64,000 bases of DNA from an uncultured Gammaproteobacteria bacterium (GTDB lineage: Bacteria > Pseudomonadota > Gammaproteobacteria > Magnimaribacterales > D2472), in the NCBI GenBank assembly GCA_964523375.1, contig CAZFYG010000002.1, positions 1,988 to 65,987 of the forward strand, read 5' to 3'. Positions within the stretch are counted from its first letter, which is position 1, and the number at the start of each line of letters is the position of its first letter. The position numbers were made by a program, and so were the translations under genes. Below, in pieces: positions 42,695-52,228 of the stretch. Below the pieces are notes generated by a model, which worked only from the letters and a program-made list of their open reading frames with translations, was not told where the DNA came from and did not search any database.

Positions 42695-44464
42695 TTAAAC
42701 CTCTTCTATTAGTGTAGATTGTATTTTAAGCTCATCTAATTGAGTATTATCAACTTTGCTAGGTGCCTCTGTAAGAAGACATGTTGCGCTCTGTGTCTTA
42801 GGAAATGCTATTACATCTCTTATATTTGATGTGTTAGTTATAAGCATTACAAGCCTATCTAATCCAAAAGCAATACCTCCATGAGGCGGGCACCCAGAAG
42901 ATAAAGCATTTAAAAGGAATCCGAATTTATTATTCGCCTCTTCATTGGTTATTTTCAAAATATTGAAAACTGCTTTTTGCATTTCCTCTTGATAAATTCG
43001 CAAGGATCCTCCTCCAACCTCATAACCGTTTAAAACAATATCATATGCATATGCTATTGCGTCCTCAGGCCTATCAAGTAACTCGCCTGCTGAACATTTT
43101 GGCAAGGTAAATGGGTGATGAAGAGAGGTTAAGTTTCCTTGGCTATTCCTTTCAAACATAGGAAAGTTTACAACCCAACATGGAGCCCATTTAGAAGAAT
43201 ATAAATTTAGATCTTCTCCTAATTTTTTAATTAGACTGCTCATAGATAAATTAACGACATTTTTAGGCCCTGCTCCAAAAAATACCAAATCACCCTTCTC
43301 AAGACCAAGACTACTAATTATTCCTTCAACTGTTTGTTTATTTAAAAATTTTAGAATTGGAGATTGGAGACCATTTTCACTTCCATCGAGCTCGTTAACC
43401 TTTATATAAGCAAGGCCCTTGGCTCCTAGTTTTGAAACATACTTTGTATATTCATCTATTTTTCCTCTACTGAGGCTATTTCCACCAGGAATTTTTAAGG
43501 CCACTACTCTAGATTTCTCATCCTGGGCTGGACTTGAGAATACTTTAAACTCCTCATTCATTACTAATTCAGATATTTCTACCAAATGAAGAGGTATTCT
43601 TAAATCTGGTTTGTCGCATCCATATTTTTCCATCGAGTCATGCCAGTTAATAACAGGAAATTTATCTAGCTTATGGTTGCAAAATTTTTCAACTAACTCC
43701 CGGACCATTCCTTCTGCTAAATCAAGGATATATTCCTGATCAATAAATGATGCCTCTATGTCTATCTGAGTAAATTCAGGCTGCCTGTCTGCTCTTAAAT
43801 CCTCATCTCTAAAGCACCTTGCCACTTGATAATACTTATCAAGCCCTCCCATCATTAGCATTTGCTTAAAAAGTTGAGGTGATTGAGGTAAAGCAAAGAA
43901 GTTTCCAGGCTGAACTCTGCTAGGAAGAATATAATCCCTTGCGCCTTCAGGAGTTGCTCTTGTTAAAATAGGTGTTTCAATCTCATTGAAATCTCTATCA
44001 TCTAAATAATTTCTTATGGTAGACGATATCTTTGATCTTGTGACGATCCTTTGATTCATTTCAGGCCTTCTTAAATCAAGAACTCTATTTTTCAATCTAA
44101 CATCCTCATTAACCTCTTGGTAATCATCCAGAGGGAAGACCGGAGTAACCGCTTTGCTTAGAACTTTTATATGCTTAGCTTCTACCTCTATCTCACCAGT
44201 AGTCATGTTTGCATTAGATGTTCCTTCAAGCCTTTTGTTTACATGCCCATTTATTGATACTACAAACTCATTTCTTAAAGTTTCAGCAATTGCAAAAGAT
44301 TCTTTGGAATCAGGATTGAATACGATCTGGCAAATACCTTTAATATCCCTTAGATCTAAAAAAATAACACCTCCATGATCTCTTCTCTTATGAACCCAAC
44401 CGCAAAGTGTCACTTCTTGTTCTAAATTTTTAGTAGTTATTTCACCACAATAATGTGATCTCAT
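42695..44464 (-). CDS. aspS: aspartyl-tRNA synthetase (bacterial type with GAD insertion)
   Basis: 589 aa starting MRSHYCGE, with an OB anticodon-binding domain, motif 2 [19 protein letters not shown] and motif 3 [12 protein letters not shown]. Confidence 0.95.
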   Translation of the reverse strand: MRSHYCGEITTKNLEQEVTLCGWVHKRRDHGGVIFLDLRDIKGICQIVFNPDSKESFAIAETLRNEFVVSINGHVNKRLEGTSNANMTTGEIEVEAKHIKVLSKAVTPVFPLDDYQEVNEDVRLKNRVLDLRRPEMNQRIVTRSKISSTIRNYLDDRDFNEIETPILTRATPEGARDYILPSRVQPGNFFALPQSPQLFKQMLMMGGLDKYYQVARCFRDEDLRADRQPEFTQIDIEASFIDQEYILDLAEGMVRELVEKFCNHKLDKFPVINWHDSMEKYGCDKPDLRIPLHLVEISELVMNEEFKVFSSPAQDEKSRVVALKIPGGNSLSRGKIDEYTKYVSKLGAKGLAYIKVNELDGSENGLQSPILKFLNKQTVEGIISSLGLEKGDLVFFGAGPKNVVNLSMSSLIKKLGEDLNLYSSKWAPCWVVNFPMFERNSQGNLTSLHHPFTLPKCSAGELLDRPEDAIAYAYDIVLNGYEVGGGSLRIYQEEMQKAVFNILKITNEEANNKFGFLLNALSSGCPPHGGIAFGLDRLVMLITNTSNIRDVIAFPKTQSATCLLTEAPSKVDNTQLDELKIQSTLIEEV

Positions 44465-44480
44465 TTTTATTCCTCATTAA

Positions 44481-44759
44481 TTAAGTAATCTTATCTTGTT
44501 TATTGCCATTCTTGGAGTTAGTTGCCTTATTTACTGAAGATTTTTTTGAAGTATCTTCTGAAAGATTCTTTTTTTTACCTGTTTTAAAGTCTGTTTCATA
44601 CCATCCAGACCCCTTAAGTCTAAATGAAGGAGCTGAGATTAACTTTCCGAGAGAATCTTTCCCGCATTGCACACATTTTTTTAAAGGTTCATCACTAAAC
44701 TTCTGAAGAGTTTCTAATTGATGTCCACAATTTGAACATTTATATTCATAAATCGGCAT
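44481..44759 (-). CDS. FmdB-family zinc-ribbon protein
   Basis: 92 aa. [13 protein letters not shown]...KCVQCG shows the CxxC...CxxC putative regulatory zinc-ribbon signature, followed by a lysine-rich tail. Confidence 0.75.
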   Translation of the reverse strand: MPIYEYKCSNCGHQLETLQKFSDEPLKKCVQCGKDSLGKLISAPSFRLKGSGWYETDFKTGKKKNLSEDTSKKSSVNKATNSKNGNKQDKIT

Positions 44760-44818
44760 ATATCTCTAAAAAAAAGATAGAATTATAAACCATAAGGATT
44801 TATTCATATAATTTAAAG

Positions 44819-46093
44819 ATGTTATTTTCAAAATTACTATTGCCAACATTAAAGGAAGCTCCTCAGGAAGCTGAGATTATTAGTCATAAGCTCATGCTTA
44901 GGGCTGGAATGATTAGAAAAGTTGCCTCTGGAGTCTATACATGGCTACCGTTGGGCTTAAAAGTTTTAAGAAAAGTCGAAGCAATTGTAAGAGCTGAAAT
45001 GAATAATGCTGGAGCTCAAGAAGTTTTAATGCCAATGGTTCAACCAAAAGAACTATGGAATGAGACTGAAAGATGGGAAAAAATGGGTAAAGAGCTTCTT
45101 CGATTTCAAGACAGGCATGACAGAGATTTTTGTTTAGGCCCAACACATGAAGAGGTTATAACTGACCTAATTAGAAACAACGTTAAAAGCTACAAAGAAT
45201 TACCAATTAATGCATATCAAATACAGACAAAATTTAGGGATGAAATTAGACCCAGATACGGCGTGATGAGAGGTAGAGAGTTTCTTATGAAAGATGCTTA
45301 CAGTTTTAGTGTGGATGAGGATTGTTTAAATAATAGTTACATCAATATGAGAAATGCATATAAACAAATTCTCAAAAATATTGGATTAGAATTTAAGATA
45401 GTTAAAGCTGATTCTGGAGCAATAGGTGGAGATGCTTCCGAAGAATTCCATGTATTAGCTGAAAATGGTGAGGATACTATTGCTGTAAGCACCGACTCTG
45501 AATTTGCTATTAATACAGAGCTCTTGCTTGAAGAAGGTGAGGATATTAAGTCTCTTGAAGGAAAAGATTCTCCTGATGGCAATGGGGTTATTCAAATAAA
45601 AAAAGGTATTGAGGTTGGTCATATTTTTAAACTTGGGCAAGTCTACTCCAAAAGCATGAATGCTAATGTTCAAACTCAAGAGGGAAGATCAGCAACTCTT
45701 CATATGGGTTGTTATGGTATTGGTGTTTCAAGGATTGTTGCAGCAGCTATAGAACAAAATAATGATGATAGAGGTATTATTTGGCCGCCAACAATTACTC
45801 CATTCGATGTAAATATTATTGCTATTGGCTTTGAGAAAGATGAGAAAATTGCGAAGGCAGCAACAAAACTTTATGAAAGCCTTTCTCACCAAGGTTATGA
45901 TGTAATTTTAGATGATAGAAAAGCTGGATTTGGTTCAAAAATTAAAGATTCTGAATTGATTGGAATTCCTATAAATATAATAATTGGAAAATCATTTGTA
46001 GAAAATGATGAAATTGAATTACGAACAAGAGATGGGCAAATTTCTGTAGCTCAAATTGATGATTTAAAAATAATTTTTAATCACTTCAAATAA
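44819..46093 (+). CDS. proS: prolyl-tRNA synthetase, bacterial type but lacking the INS editing domain
   Basis: 424 aa, collinear with E. coli ProRS (572 aa) at the N-terminus ([27 protein letters not shown]), motif 2 ([17 protein letters not shown]), motif 3 region ([11 protein letters not shown]...[10 protein letters not shown]) and the anticodon-binding domain. Only 43 aa (about nt 45476..45604) link [10 protein letters not shown] to GIEVGHIF. Confidence 0.9.
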   Translation: MLFSKLLLPTLKEAPQEAEIISHKLMLRAGMIRKVASGVYTWLPLGLKVLRKVEAIVRAEMNNAGAQEVLMPMVQPKELWNETERWEKMGKELLRFQDRHDRDFCLGPTHEEVITDLIRNNVKSYKELPINAYQIQTKFRDEIRPRYGVMRGREFLMKDAYSFSVDEDCLNNSYINMRNAYKQILKNIGLEFKIVKADSGAIGGDASEEFHVLAENGEDTIAVSTDSEFAINTELLLEEGEDIKSLEGKDSPDGNGVIQIKKGIEVGHIFKLGQVYSKSMNANVQTQEGRSATLHMGCYGIGVSRIVAAAIEQNNDDRGIIWPPTITPFDVNIIAIGFEKDEKIAKAATKLYESLSHQGYDVILDDRKAGFGSKIKDSELIGIPINIIIGKSFVENDEIELRTRDGQISVAQIDDLKIIFNHFK

Positions 46094-46096
46094 ATA

Positions 46097-46378
46097 CTAA
46101 TAATCATTAATATCTTCAGTTGAATTATCTTTGTAATACTTCTGAATTAAAAATGACATGGCAATGGAAAACAGGCCCCAGACTACTAAAGAAAACGCCC
46201 AACTGGACAGAATTATAAATCCAAAAGAAATCTGAATCTTATAAATAATACCAACCAAAATTGCAGCAAGGCCTGCAGGAAGAAAGACAACAAAAGAGCC
46301 AATTAAGAATAGTTCAATAATAATTAAAATAGTTCCAAGTATTAGCCAGTTATTTGCATTTTCAATTAGATCTATCAT
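46097..46378 (-). CDS. small NfeD-like membrane protein (membrane part only)
   Basis: 93 aa with 3 TM segments. NNWLILGTILIIIELFLIGSFVVFLPAGLAAILVGI resembles the N-terminal membrane region of E. coli YbbJ (W.LG..L...E+...G......G.AA+..G+). It lies 2 nt downstream of the SPFH gene. There is no C-terminal OB/beta-barrel domain. Confidence 0.45.
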   Translation of the reverse strand: MIDLIENANNWLILGTILIIIELFLIGSFVVFLPAGLAAILVGIIYKIQISFGFIILSSWAFSLVVWGLFSIAMSFLIQKYYKDNSTEDINDY

Positions 46379-46380
46379 TA

Positions 46381-47295
46381 TTATTTATCTTTATTACCAG
46401 TTGCGCCCATTAGTAATTCTATACTACCAAGTGCTTTAGTAATATCTGAAGGGACTACAAGAGTTTTTGTTTGGTCAGATGATGCTAATTTTGCCAAGCC
46501 GTCAACCTGTCTTTTCATTATTTCAAAATCAACAGCTGGCTGCCCATCATCTTTAATGGCCTTGCCTAGTAACATTGTTTGCTCAGCATCTGCTGCTGCC
46601 TTGACTTTTACCGCATAGGCGTCTGCATCAGCGGTAACTCTAACACCTTCAGCTTCTTTTTGAGCCTCATACAATTGAGCGTCGGCATTAAGCTCAACAC
46701 TCCTTCTATCACCCTCAGCCTTTGCTATAGTTGCCCTTCTTTCTCTTTCTGCATTTAATTGTTGTCTTTGGGAATCTTTTGTTTGCTCATCTACCAAGAC
46801 ATCAAGTATCTCTGTTCTTGTTACTTCAACACCCCATATCTCAGCTGCTTTACCAAGCCTTTCTTTAATTTCAAGATTCATTGATTCTCTTGAGGACTGC
46901 AGGTCATCAAGCTCTAATTTTCCAGCTGCAGATCTAATAACAGATATAGCAGTATTTTCTATTGCTGAATCAATATTTTTTATTCTATAAACTGATTTAG
47001 ATGCGTCTAGTATTCTAAAAAATACAGTTGAAACTAAGCCCACTTCCACATTATCTTTAGTTATGACTGAAATTTGAAACTTAGGTAATTGTCTTTCTAA
47101 AACATCAACTTTATGAGCAACTCTATCTAAAAAAGGTATTATTATTGAAAGGCCAGATTCTAATGTTTTTGTATATTTACCAAATCTCTCTATAACATAA
47201 ACCTTTGATTGAGGGACAACCTTAACTGAAAGAAATAAAAATGATATCGATAAGAAAAATAGGAAAGTTAAAAAAGCTTGAAATCCAGTTAACAT
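46381..47295 (-). CDS. SPFH/band-7 (stomatin/QmcA-like) membrane protein
   Basis: 304 aa with an N-terminal TM, an SPFH core (VVPQSKVYVIERFGKY...ITKDNV...WGVEVTRTEI) and an Ala/Glu-rich coiled-coil tail. Confidence 0.85.
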   Translation of the reverse strand: MLTGFQAFLTFLFFLSISFLFLSVKVVPQSKVYVIERFGKYTKTLESGLSIIIPFLDRVAHKVDVLERQLPKFQISVITKDNVEVGLVSTVFFRILDASKSVYRIKNIDSAIENTAISVIRSAAGKLELDDLQSSRESMNLEIKERLGKAAEIWGVEVTRTEILDVLVDEQTKDSQRQQLNAERERRATIAKAEGDRRSVELNADAQLYEAQKEAEGVRVTADADAYAVKVKAAADAEQTMLLGKAIKDDGQPAVDFEIMKRQVDGLAKLASSDQTKTLVVPSDITKALGSIELLMGATGNKDK

Positions 47296-47372
47296 AAAAA
47301 CTCCAAATAATGTGTTATAAAAACCAATATAACAGATTGAAAAAAATTAAACATTTATAAAATATATATAAT

Positions 47373-48551
47373 CTATAACCTTTTTATAATAGTTGCATTA
47401 GCGGTCCCACCACCTTCACAAATGGCTTGCAAAGCATACTTGCCATTTCTTCTTTCGAGTTCATGGAGTAAAGTGGTCATTAACTTAGTACCAGTAGATC
47501 CAAGTGGGTGGCCTAATGAGATGGCTCCACCATTAACATTTAGCTTTGAAATATCAGCTTTTAATTCGTGGGCCCAAGCCAATGGAACAGGTGCAAATGC
47601 TTCATTTATTTCATACAAATCCATGTCATCAATTGAAAGATTAATATTTTTTAATGCGGCTATGGAAGCGGGTATAGGGCCAGTTAACATAAATACCGGG
47701 TCATCACCTACCACTGATAAAGAAATTATTTCAGCTCTTGGATCAACTTTAATTTTTTTAAGCCCAGCATCATTACATACCATAACTGCAGAAGCGCCAT
47801 CAGTTATTTGGCTTGCATTTCCTGCTGTAATTAGACCTTCATCAATAACTGTTTTTAAACCAGACAACGCCTCTATTGAGGCATCATATCTAATGCCTTC
47901 ATCTTGATAAATTAGAGATCCAGTATTTGCGTCAGATCTTGATTCAATAGCTAAGATTTCATTTTTAAAAAAACCTTGTTCTGATGCATATGCAGCCTTT
48001 TGGTGGCTTGATAGTGCAAAATTATCTAAATCTACTCTACTTAAGTTCCATTTATTTGCTACGAGCTCTGCACCTGTAAATTGTGAAAAAAATACTCCAG
48101 GGTATCTAGATTCAATACCAGCAGCATTGAATGGAAATCCATGACCTGCATCGTACCCATCCTTAACACTAGCTCCAATTGGCACCAAAGACATAACTTC
48201 AACACCTCCAGCAATAACAACATCTTGAGTTCCAGACATGACAGCTTGCGCAGCAAAATGAAGAGCTTGTTGTGATGATCCACATTGACGATCAACTGAA
48301 GTTCCAGGAACTGATTCAGGTAGTGAAGAGGCTAAAATAGAATTTCTCGCTATATTTCCAGATTGGGCTCCAACCTGATCAACGCAACCAAATATTACAT
48401 CATCAACATCTTTGGGTTGAATGCCTGTTGAATTTACAAGTTCATCTAAAACAACTGCGCCCATGTCAGCTGGATGCCATTTACTCAAGCTTCCATTTTT
48501 CTTTCCACCTGGCGTTCTTACTGCCGCAACAATATAAGCTTTTTCAGCCAT
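47373..48551 (-). CDS. acetyl-CoA C-acyl/acetyltransferase (thiolase)
   Basis: 392 aa. Contains the nucleophile Cys VDRQCGSSQQA, NVNGGAISLGHPLGSTG and the C-terminal CEGGGTANA. Confidence 0.9.
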   Translation of the reverse strand: MAEKAYIVAAVRTPGGKKNGSLSKWHPADMGAVVLDELVNSTGIQPKDVDDVIFGCVDQVGAQSGNIARNSILASSLPESVPGTSVDRQCGSSQQALHFAAQAVMSGTQDVVIAGGVEVMSLVPIGASVKDGYDAGHGFPFNAAGIESRYPGVFFSQFTGAELVANKWNLSRVDLDNFALSSHQKAAYASEQGFFKNEILAIESRSDANTGSLIYQDEGIRYDASIEALSGLKTVIDEGLITAGNASQITDGASAVMVCNDAGLKKIKVDPRAEIISLSVVGDDPVFMLTGPIPASIAALKNINLSIDDMDLYEINEAFAPVPLAWAHELKADISKLNVNGGAISLGHPLGSTGTKLMTTLLHELERRNGKYALQAICEGGGTANATIIKRL

Positions 48552-48552
48552 A

Positions 48553-48586
48553 ATAATCCTTATTAAATTAGTCTAATAAGGATTAT
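48553..48586 (-). other. 13-bp inverted repeat (hairpin) between recA and the thiolase gene, covering the thiolase SD
   Basis: ATAATCCTTATTA (48553..48565) and TAATAAGGATTAT (48574..48586) form a perfect 13-bp inverted repeat around an 8-nt loop. On the minus-strand RNA the 3' arm contains AAGGA, 5 nt before the thiolase ATG. The stem has only 2 G-C pairs and no trailing U-tract. Confidence 0.4.
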
Positions 48587-48595
48587 AACAAAGAT

Positions 48596-49615
48596 TTATT
48601 TTGTATCTTTAGATTTTGCCTTTGATGCTATGTAAGTAGATCTTATTTCGCTAATAAGGCCATCTCTAATTTTTGTATTTTCTTTAAGATATAAGCTAGC
48701 TTTAACTTTACCTTGACCAATAGTCTCACCATTTAACTTATAAAAGGCGCCAGACTTATCTACCAAACCGAGCTTGTGACCAAAATCTAGTATTTCCCCT
48801 TCTTGATTAATGCCCAGGCCATACATTATCTGGAACTCAGCTTGCTTAAATGGAGGTGATACTTTATTTTTTACTACTTTTACCCTAGTTTCATTACCCA
48901 TAACCTCATCACCTTCTTTTACTGATCCTATTCTTCTTATATCTAAACGAACAGATGAGTAAAATTTAAGAGCATTACCGCCAGTAGTAGTTTCTGGACT
49001 TCCGAACATCACACCAATTTTCATTCTAATCTGATTAATAAATACTACCGTGGCTCCTGATCTTTGAATGTTGCCAGTTATCTTTCTTAAAGCCTGTGAC
49101 ATTAACCTAGCTTGAAGCCCAACATGATGGTCCCCCATCTCTCCCTCTATTTCTGCTCTTGGAACTAAGGCGGCAACAGAGTCGATTATTACCAAATCAA
49201 CACTTTTAGATTTTACTAATATGTCAGCAACTTCTAGTGCCTGTTCACCCGTATCTGGCTGAGATAACAATAACTCATCGACATTAACTCCAAGTTTCTC
49301 AGCATACTGTGGATCTAACGCATGCTCTGCATCAATAAATGCACAAGTACCGCCTGCTTTCTGACATTGAGCTATTATCTGAAGTGTTAAAGTTGTTTTA
49401 CCAGAAGACTCTGGACCATATATTTCAGTAACTCTTCCTTTTGGGATTCCGCCAATGCCAAGGGCAATGTCTAAACCTAACGACCCTGTTGAGATTGATG
49501 GTATATCAACTAATTCCTTATCACCCATCCTCATTACAGTGCCTTTTCCAAACTGACTGTCTATATCAGCCAATGTATCCTTCAATGATTTTTTTGTGTC
49601 TTTTAATTTAGCCAT
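48596..49615 (-). CDS. recA: recombinase RecA
   Basis: 339 aa. Contains [28 protein letters not shown] (Walker A) and the L2 region, collinear with E. coli RecA. Confidence 0.97.
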   Translation of the reverse strand: MAKLKDTKKSLKDTLADIDSQFGKGTVMRMGDKELVDIPSISTGSLGLDIALGIGGIPKGRVTEIYGPESSGKTTLTLQIIAQCQKAGGTCAFIDAEHALDPQYAEKLGVNVDELLLSQPDTGEQALEVADILVKSKSVDLVIIDSVAALVPRAEIEGEMGDHHVGLQARLMSQALRKITGNIQRSGATVVFINQIRMKIGVMFGSPETTTGGNALKFYSSVRLDIRRIGSVKEGDEVMGNETRVKVVKNKVSPPFKQAEFQIMYGLGINQEGEILDFGHKLGLVDKSGAFYKLNGETIGQGKVKASLYLKENTKIRDGLISEIRSTYIASKAKSKDTK

Positions 49616-49626
49616 TCATTACTCCT

Positions 49627-49646
49627 TACTGTATGTATATACAGTA
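49627..49646 (-). promoter_or_regulatory. LexA SOS box (gammaproteobacterial CTGT-N8-ACAG type) in the recA promoter
   Basis: The plus strand reads TACTGTATGTATATACAGTA, with perfect 8-nt palindromic arms TACTGTAT/ATACAGTA (E. coli recA box: TACTGTATGAGCATACAGTA). It overlaps a candidate -10 (TATACT, 49648..49643) and abuts the AAGGAG Shine-Dalgarno (49627..49622). Confidence 0.8.
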
Positions 49647-49752
49647 TAAACTTTTATTTAAAATAAATACAAGTTTAATTAAAAATTATATATATTTTTT
49701 ATGTTTAATAACTTAAAGTCTTTTTTTTAATTTTAAGTTATTATTTTATCTT

Positions 49753-50076
49753 ATGACATTTGTAGTTACTGAGTCTTGTATAAAGTGTAAATACACAGAT
49801 TGTGTGGAGGTCTGCCCAGTTGATTGTTTTTATGAAGGACCTGATTTTTTGGTCATTCACCCAGATGAATGTATTGATTGCGCCCTTTGTGAACCAGAAT
49901 GTCCCATTAATGCAATTCTTTCTGAAGATGAGCTACCAGATGATCAGATAGAGTTTATTGAAATTAATGCAAGGCTCTCTGAGGTTTATGAAAATATTGT
50001 TGAGGCCAAAGATCCGCTTCCAGATGCAAAAAAATTTGAGACAGTGGAAAATAAACGAGACTTTCTAGACCTATAG
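49753..50076 (+). CDS. fdxA: 7Fe ferredoxin (Azotobacter FdI type)
   Basis: 107 aa. [28 protein letters not shown]...[12 protein letters not shown] carries the [3Fe-4S][4Fe-4S] ligand pattern. Confidence 0.9.
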   Translation: MTFVVTESCIKCKYTDCVEVCPVDCFYEGPDFLVIHPDECIDCALCEPECPINAILSEDELPDDQIEFIEINARLSEVYENIVEAKDPLPDAKKFETVENKRDFLDL

Positions 50077-50811
50077 ATTTTCAAACGGGAAGGTCAGTAT
50101 TCCACTTAATAAAATCAATGCTGTGAAGAAAGTCATGATTTCTTTTTTTCTAACTTCTAACAAGGAATTTAATAATTTTGGCATTGTAAGTAAAGAAATT
50201 AAGCAACCAAATGCAAATGGAATAAGTATTGAAAAATTAAGTATTGCTATAGACCCAATAATACTTTCATAAACCCCAAATGATAATAAAATTGCGCTTC
50301 CCGATATGCCTGGTAAAAGAAAAAATGTGAAGGCAATAAAACCCGTTAAGAAGATATACCCATCTGAAATATTTCCTGGTGAAATGCTTATTTCTTTTAA
50401 AACCAATGCTAATACAATTCCAGCAAAAAAATAAATATCGAATTTAAAGTTAGTATCAAATTCAGTTCTTATCCTTGCCCCTATTATTATTGCAACTAGA
50501 CACATCAAAGCGCTTATAAAAATTAAAAAATATTCTGTAAAAGATGAGTATAAAAAAAGTATCAATTTTGATGCAAGGATTACACTTAGCATCATGGAGA
50601 ATAAAAAAGGAACTATTAAATCTAGGTAGAATATTTTATTTAATTTTTTTATATCCCAAGTTAGATTAGAAACCCTAAGATTAGAAAGAAATAGAATGAA
50701 TTTATCATAAACATTAAAGGCAAGTGCAACAGTTGAACCTGAAACTCCTGGAAGTAATTCAGCAACACCGACAAAAAAACCTGAGACAATAAACCTTAAC
50801 CTTTCGCTCAA
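50071..50811 (-). CDS. DUF368-family membrane protein (PopT-like, proposed polyprenyl-phosphate translocase family)
   Basis: 246 aa, polytopic, with two copies of the family signature ([15 protein letters not shown] and [15 protein letters not shown]), which indicates an internal duplication. There is a 4-nt overlap with pcm. Confidence 0.7.
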   Translation of the reverse strand: MSERLRFIVSGFFVGVAELLPGVSGSTVALAFNVYDKFILFLSNLRVSNLTWDIKKLNKIFYLDLIVPFLFSMMLSVILASKLILFLYSSFTEYFLIFISALMCLVAIIIGARIRTEFDTNFKFDIYFFAGIVLALVLKEISISPGNISDGYIFLTGFIAFTFFLLPGISGSAILLSFGVYESIIGSIAILNFSILIPFAFGCLISLLTMPKLLNSLLEVRKKEIMTFFTALILLSGILTFPFENL

Positions 50812-51491
50812 GAATCTAACCCATCCTCAGACTTACCTGGGAGCATTGGTACAAATGAAACATCATCATACAAATCTTGCTCAACCTCATTACTGGATAT
50901 TTTATTGATAACATTTAACTTTTGTGATTTTGAGTTACCAACAGGTATCACTATTTTTGCTGATATATTTAAACTATCAACCAGCTCATATGGATACTCT
51001 CTTGGTGCAGCAGCGCAAATAACACCATCATATTTTATTGTATTGTCATAGTCCTCAAAACCATCTCCATATATCAACTCTACATTTCTAATTTTTAGTT
51101 CACTTAAATTTTCTCTAGCCTTATTTACCAAAGGTTTGATTCTTTCTATGGAATAAATATTTTCACAAAAATATGAAAGTACAGCTGTCTGATATCCACA
51201 GCCTGTTCCAAGCTCTAAAACATTATCTAAAATTTTTCCTCTAGCTTTTGTATGCGAGATTAGAAGTTCAGTCATTTTTGCAACAATGTATGGTTGAGAT
51301 ATTGTTTGTTTGTAGCCAATAGTCAATGATCTATTTTCATATGCCCTAGACCACAAAGCTTCATCTACAAATATATGTCTTGGGACTTGCGATATTGCAT
51401 CCAGCACTCTGAAGTCTTTAATGCCCATATTAAGAAGGTTTTCTATCATCTCTTCTCTAACTCTTCTGAATGTAAAGCCTGAATTGCTCAT
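50808..51491 (-). CDS. pcm: protein-L-isoaspartate O-methyltransferase
   Basis: 227 aa. Contains ISQPYIVAKMTELL and the SAM motif VLELGTGCGYQTAVL. surE-pcm order is conserved. Confidence 0.9.
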   Translation of the reverse strand: MSNSGFTFRRVREEMIENLLNMGIKDFRVLDAISQVPRHIFVDEALWSRAYENRSLTIGYKQTISQPYIVAKMTELLISHTKARGKILDNVLELGTGCGYQTAVLSYFCENIYSIERIKPLVNKARENLSELKIRNVELIYGDGFEDYDNTIKYDGVICAAAPREYPYELVDSLNISAKIVIPVGNSKSQKLNVINKISSNEVEQDLYDDVSFVPMLPGKSEDGLDS

Positions 51492-52228
51492 AAAAACTTT
51501 TTAAAACTCTCTGAAAGATTATTATTTACAAGATCATAGTCCAGAATTGAAATGGATACATACCCTTCTTCAACTGCTTTAGCATCTGTAAGATGATCTT
51601 CTTGAATGGGCTCTCCTGAGAGATTGTATCTATATTTGGTAATGACATCAGAGGACTTAACTGCTAATGGCTTGTTTGGAATACCATTCGTTGCAAGAGT
51701 GGTGATTTTAATTCCTTTGTAATCATTTTCACAAATATCAGGCAAGTTGACATTAAAAACTTTGCCTTCATACCCTTTTGAAGAATCTATTATGAAATGA
51801 ATAATTTCTGCTGATTTTTTTGCAATATAGCCTTTATCTTTGCAATCATATGATGCTACTGATAATGCAATCGGGGGGTATTTAAGATTTCTACCTCCAA
51901 TTGCTGCTCCAACAGTCCCAGAATATAAAACATTATTACCGATATTAGCTCCATGATTGATTCCTGAAATAACAATATCAAACTCAAAATCAACCATGCC
52001 TAATAACCCAAAATAAGCACAATCAGCTGGCGTTCCATCTACAGAATAAATTCTGTCATCAATCTTTTCAATTTCAGTTTCTTTTAAAAAAGATATTGCA
52101 GCGCTCATGCCACTGCAATTATTTTTTGGAGCAATCATCCAAACCTCATGGTTTTTTATAAGCTCTTGATATAGATAATTGATATTCTCTGCTTTATACC
52201 CATCATCATTAGTAAGAAGTATTTTCAT
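51488..52228 (-). CDS. surE: 5'/3'-nucleotidase SurE
   Basis: 246 aa. Contains MKILLTNDDGY and GINHGANIGNNVLYSGTVGAA. Confidence 0.9.
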   Translation of the reverse strand: MKILLTNDDGYKAENINYLYQELIKNHEVWMIAPKNNCSGMSAAISFLKETEIEKIDDRIYSVDGTPADCAYFGLLGMVDFEFDIVISGINHGANIGNNVLYSGTVGAAIGGRNLKYPPIALSVASYDCKDKGYIAKKSAEIIHFIIDSSKGYEGKVFNVNLPDICENDYKGIKITTLATNGIPNKPLAVKSSDVITKYRYNLSGEPIQEDHLTDAKAVEEGYVSISILDYDLVNNNLSESFKKFL

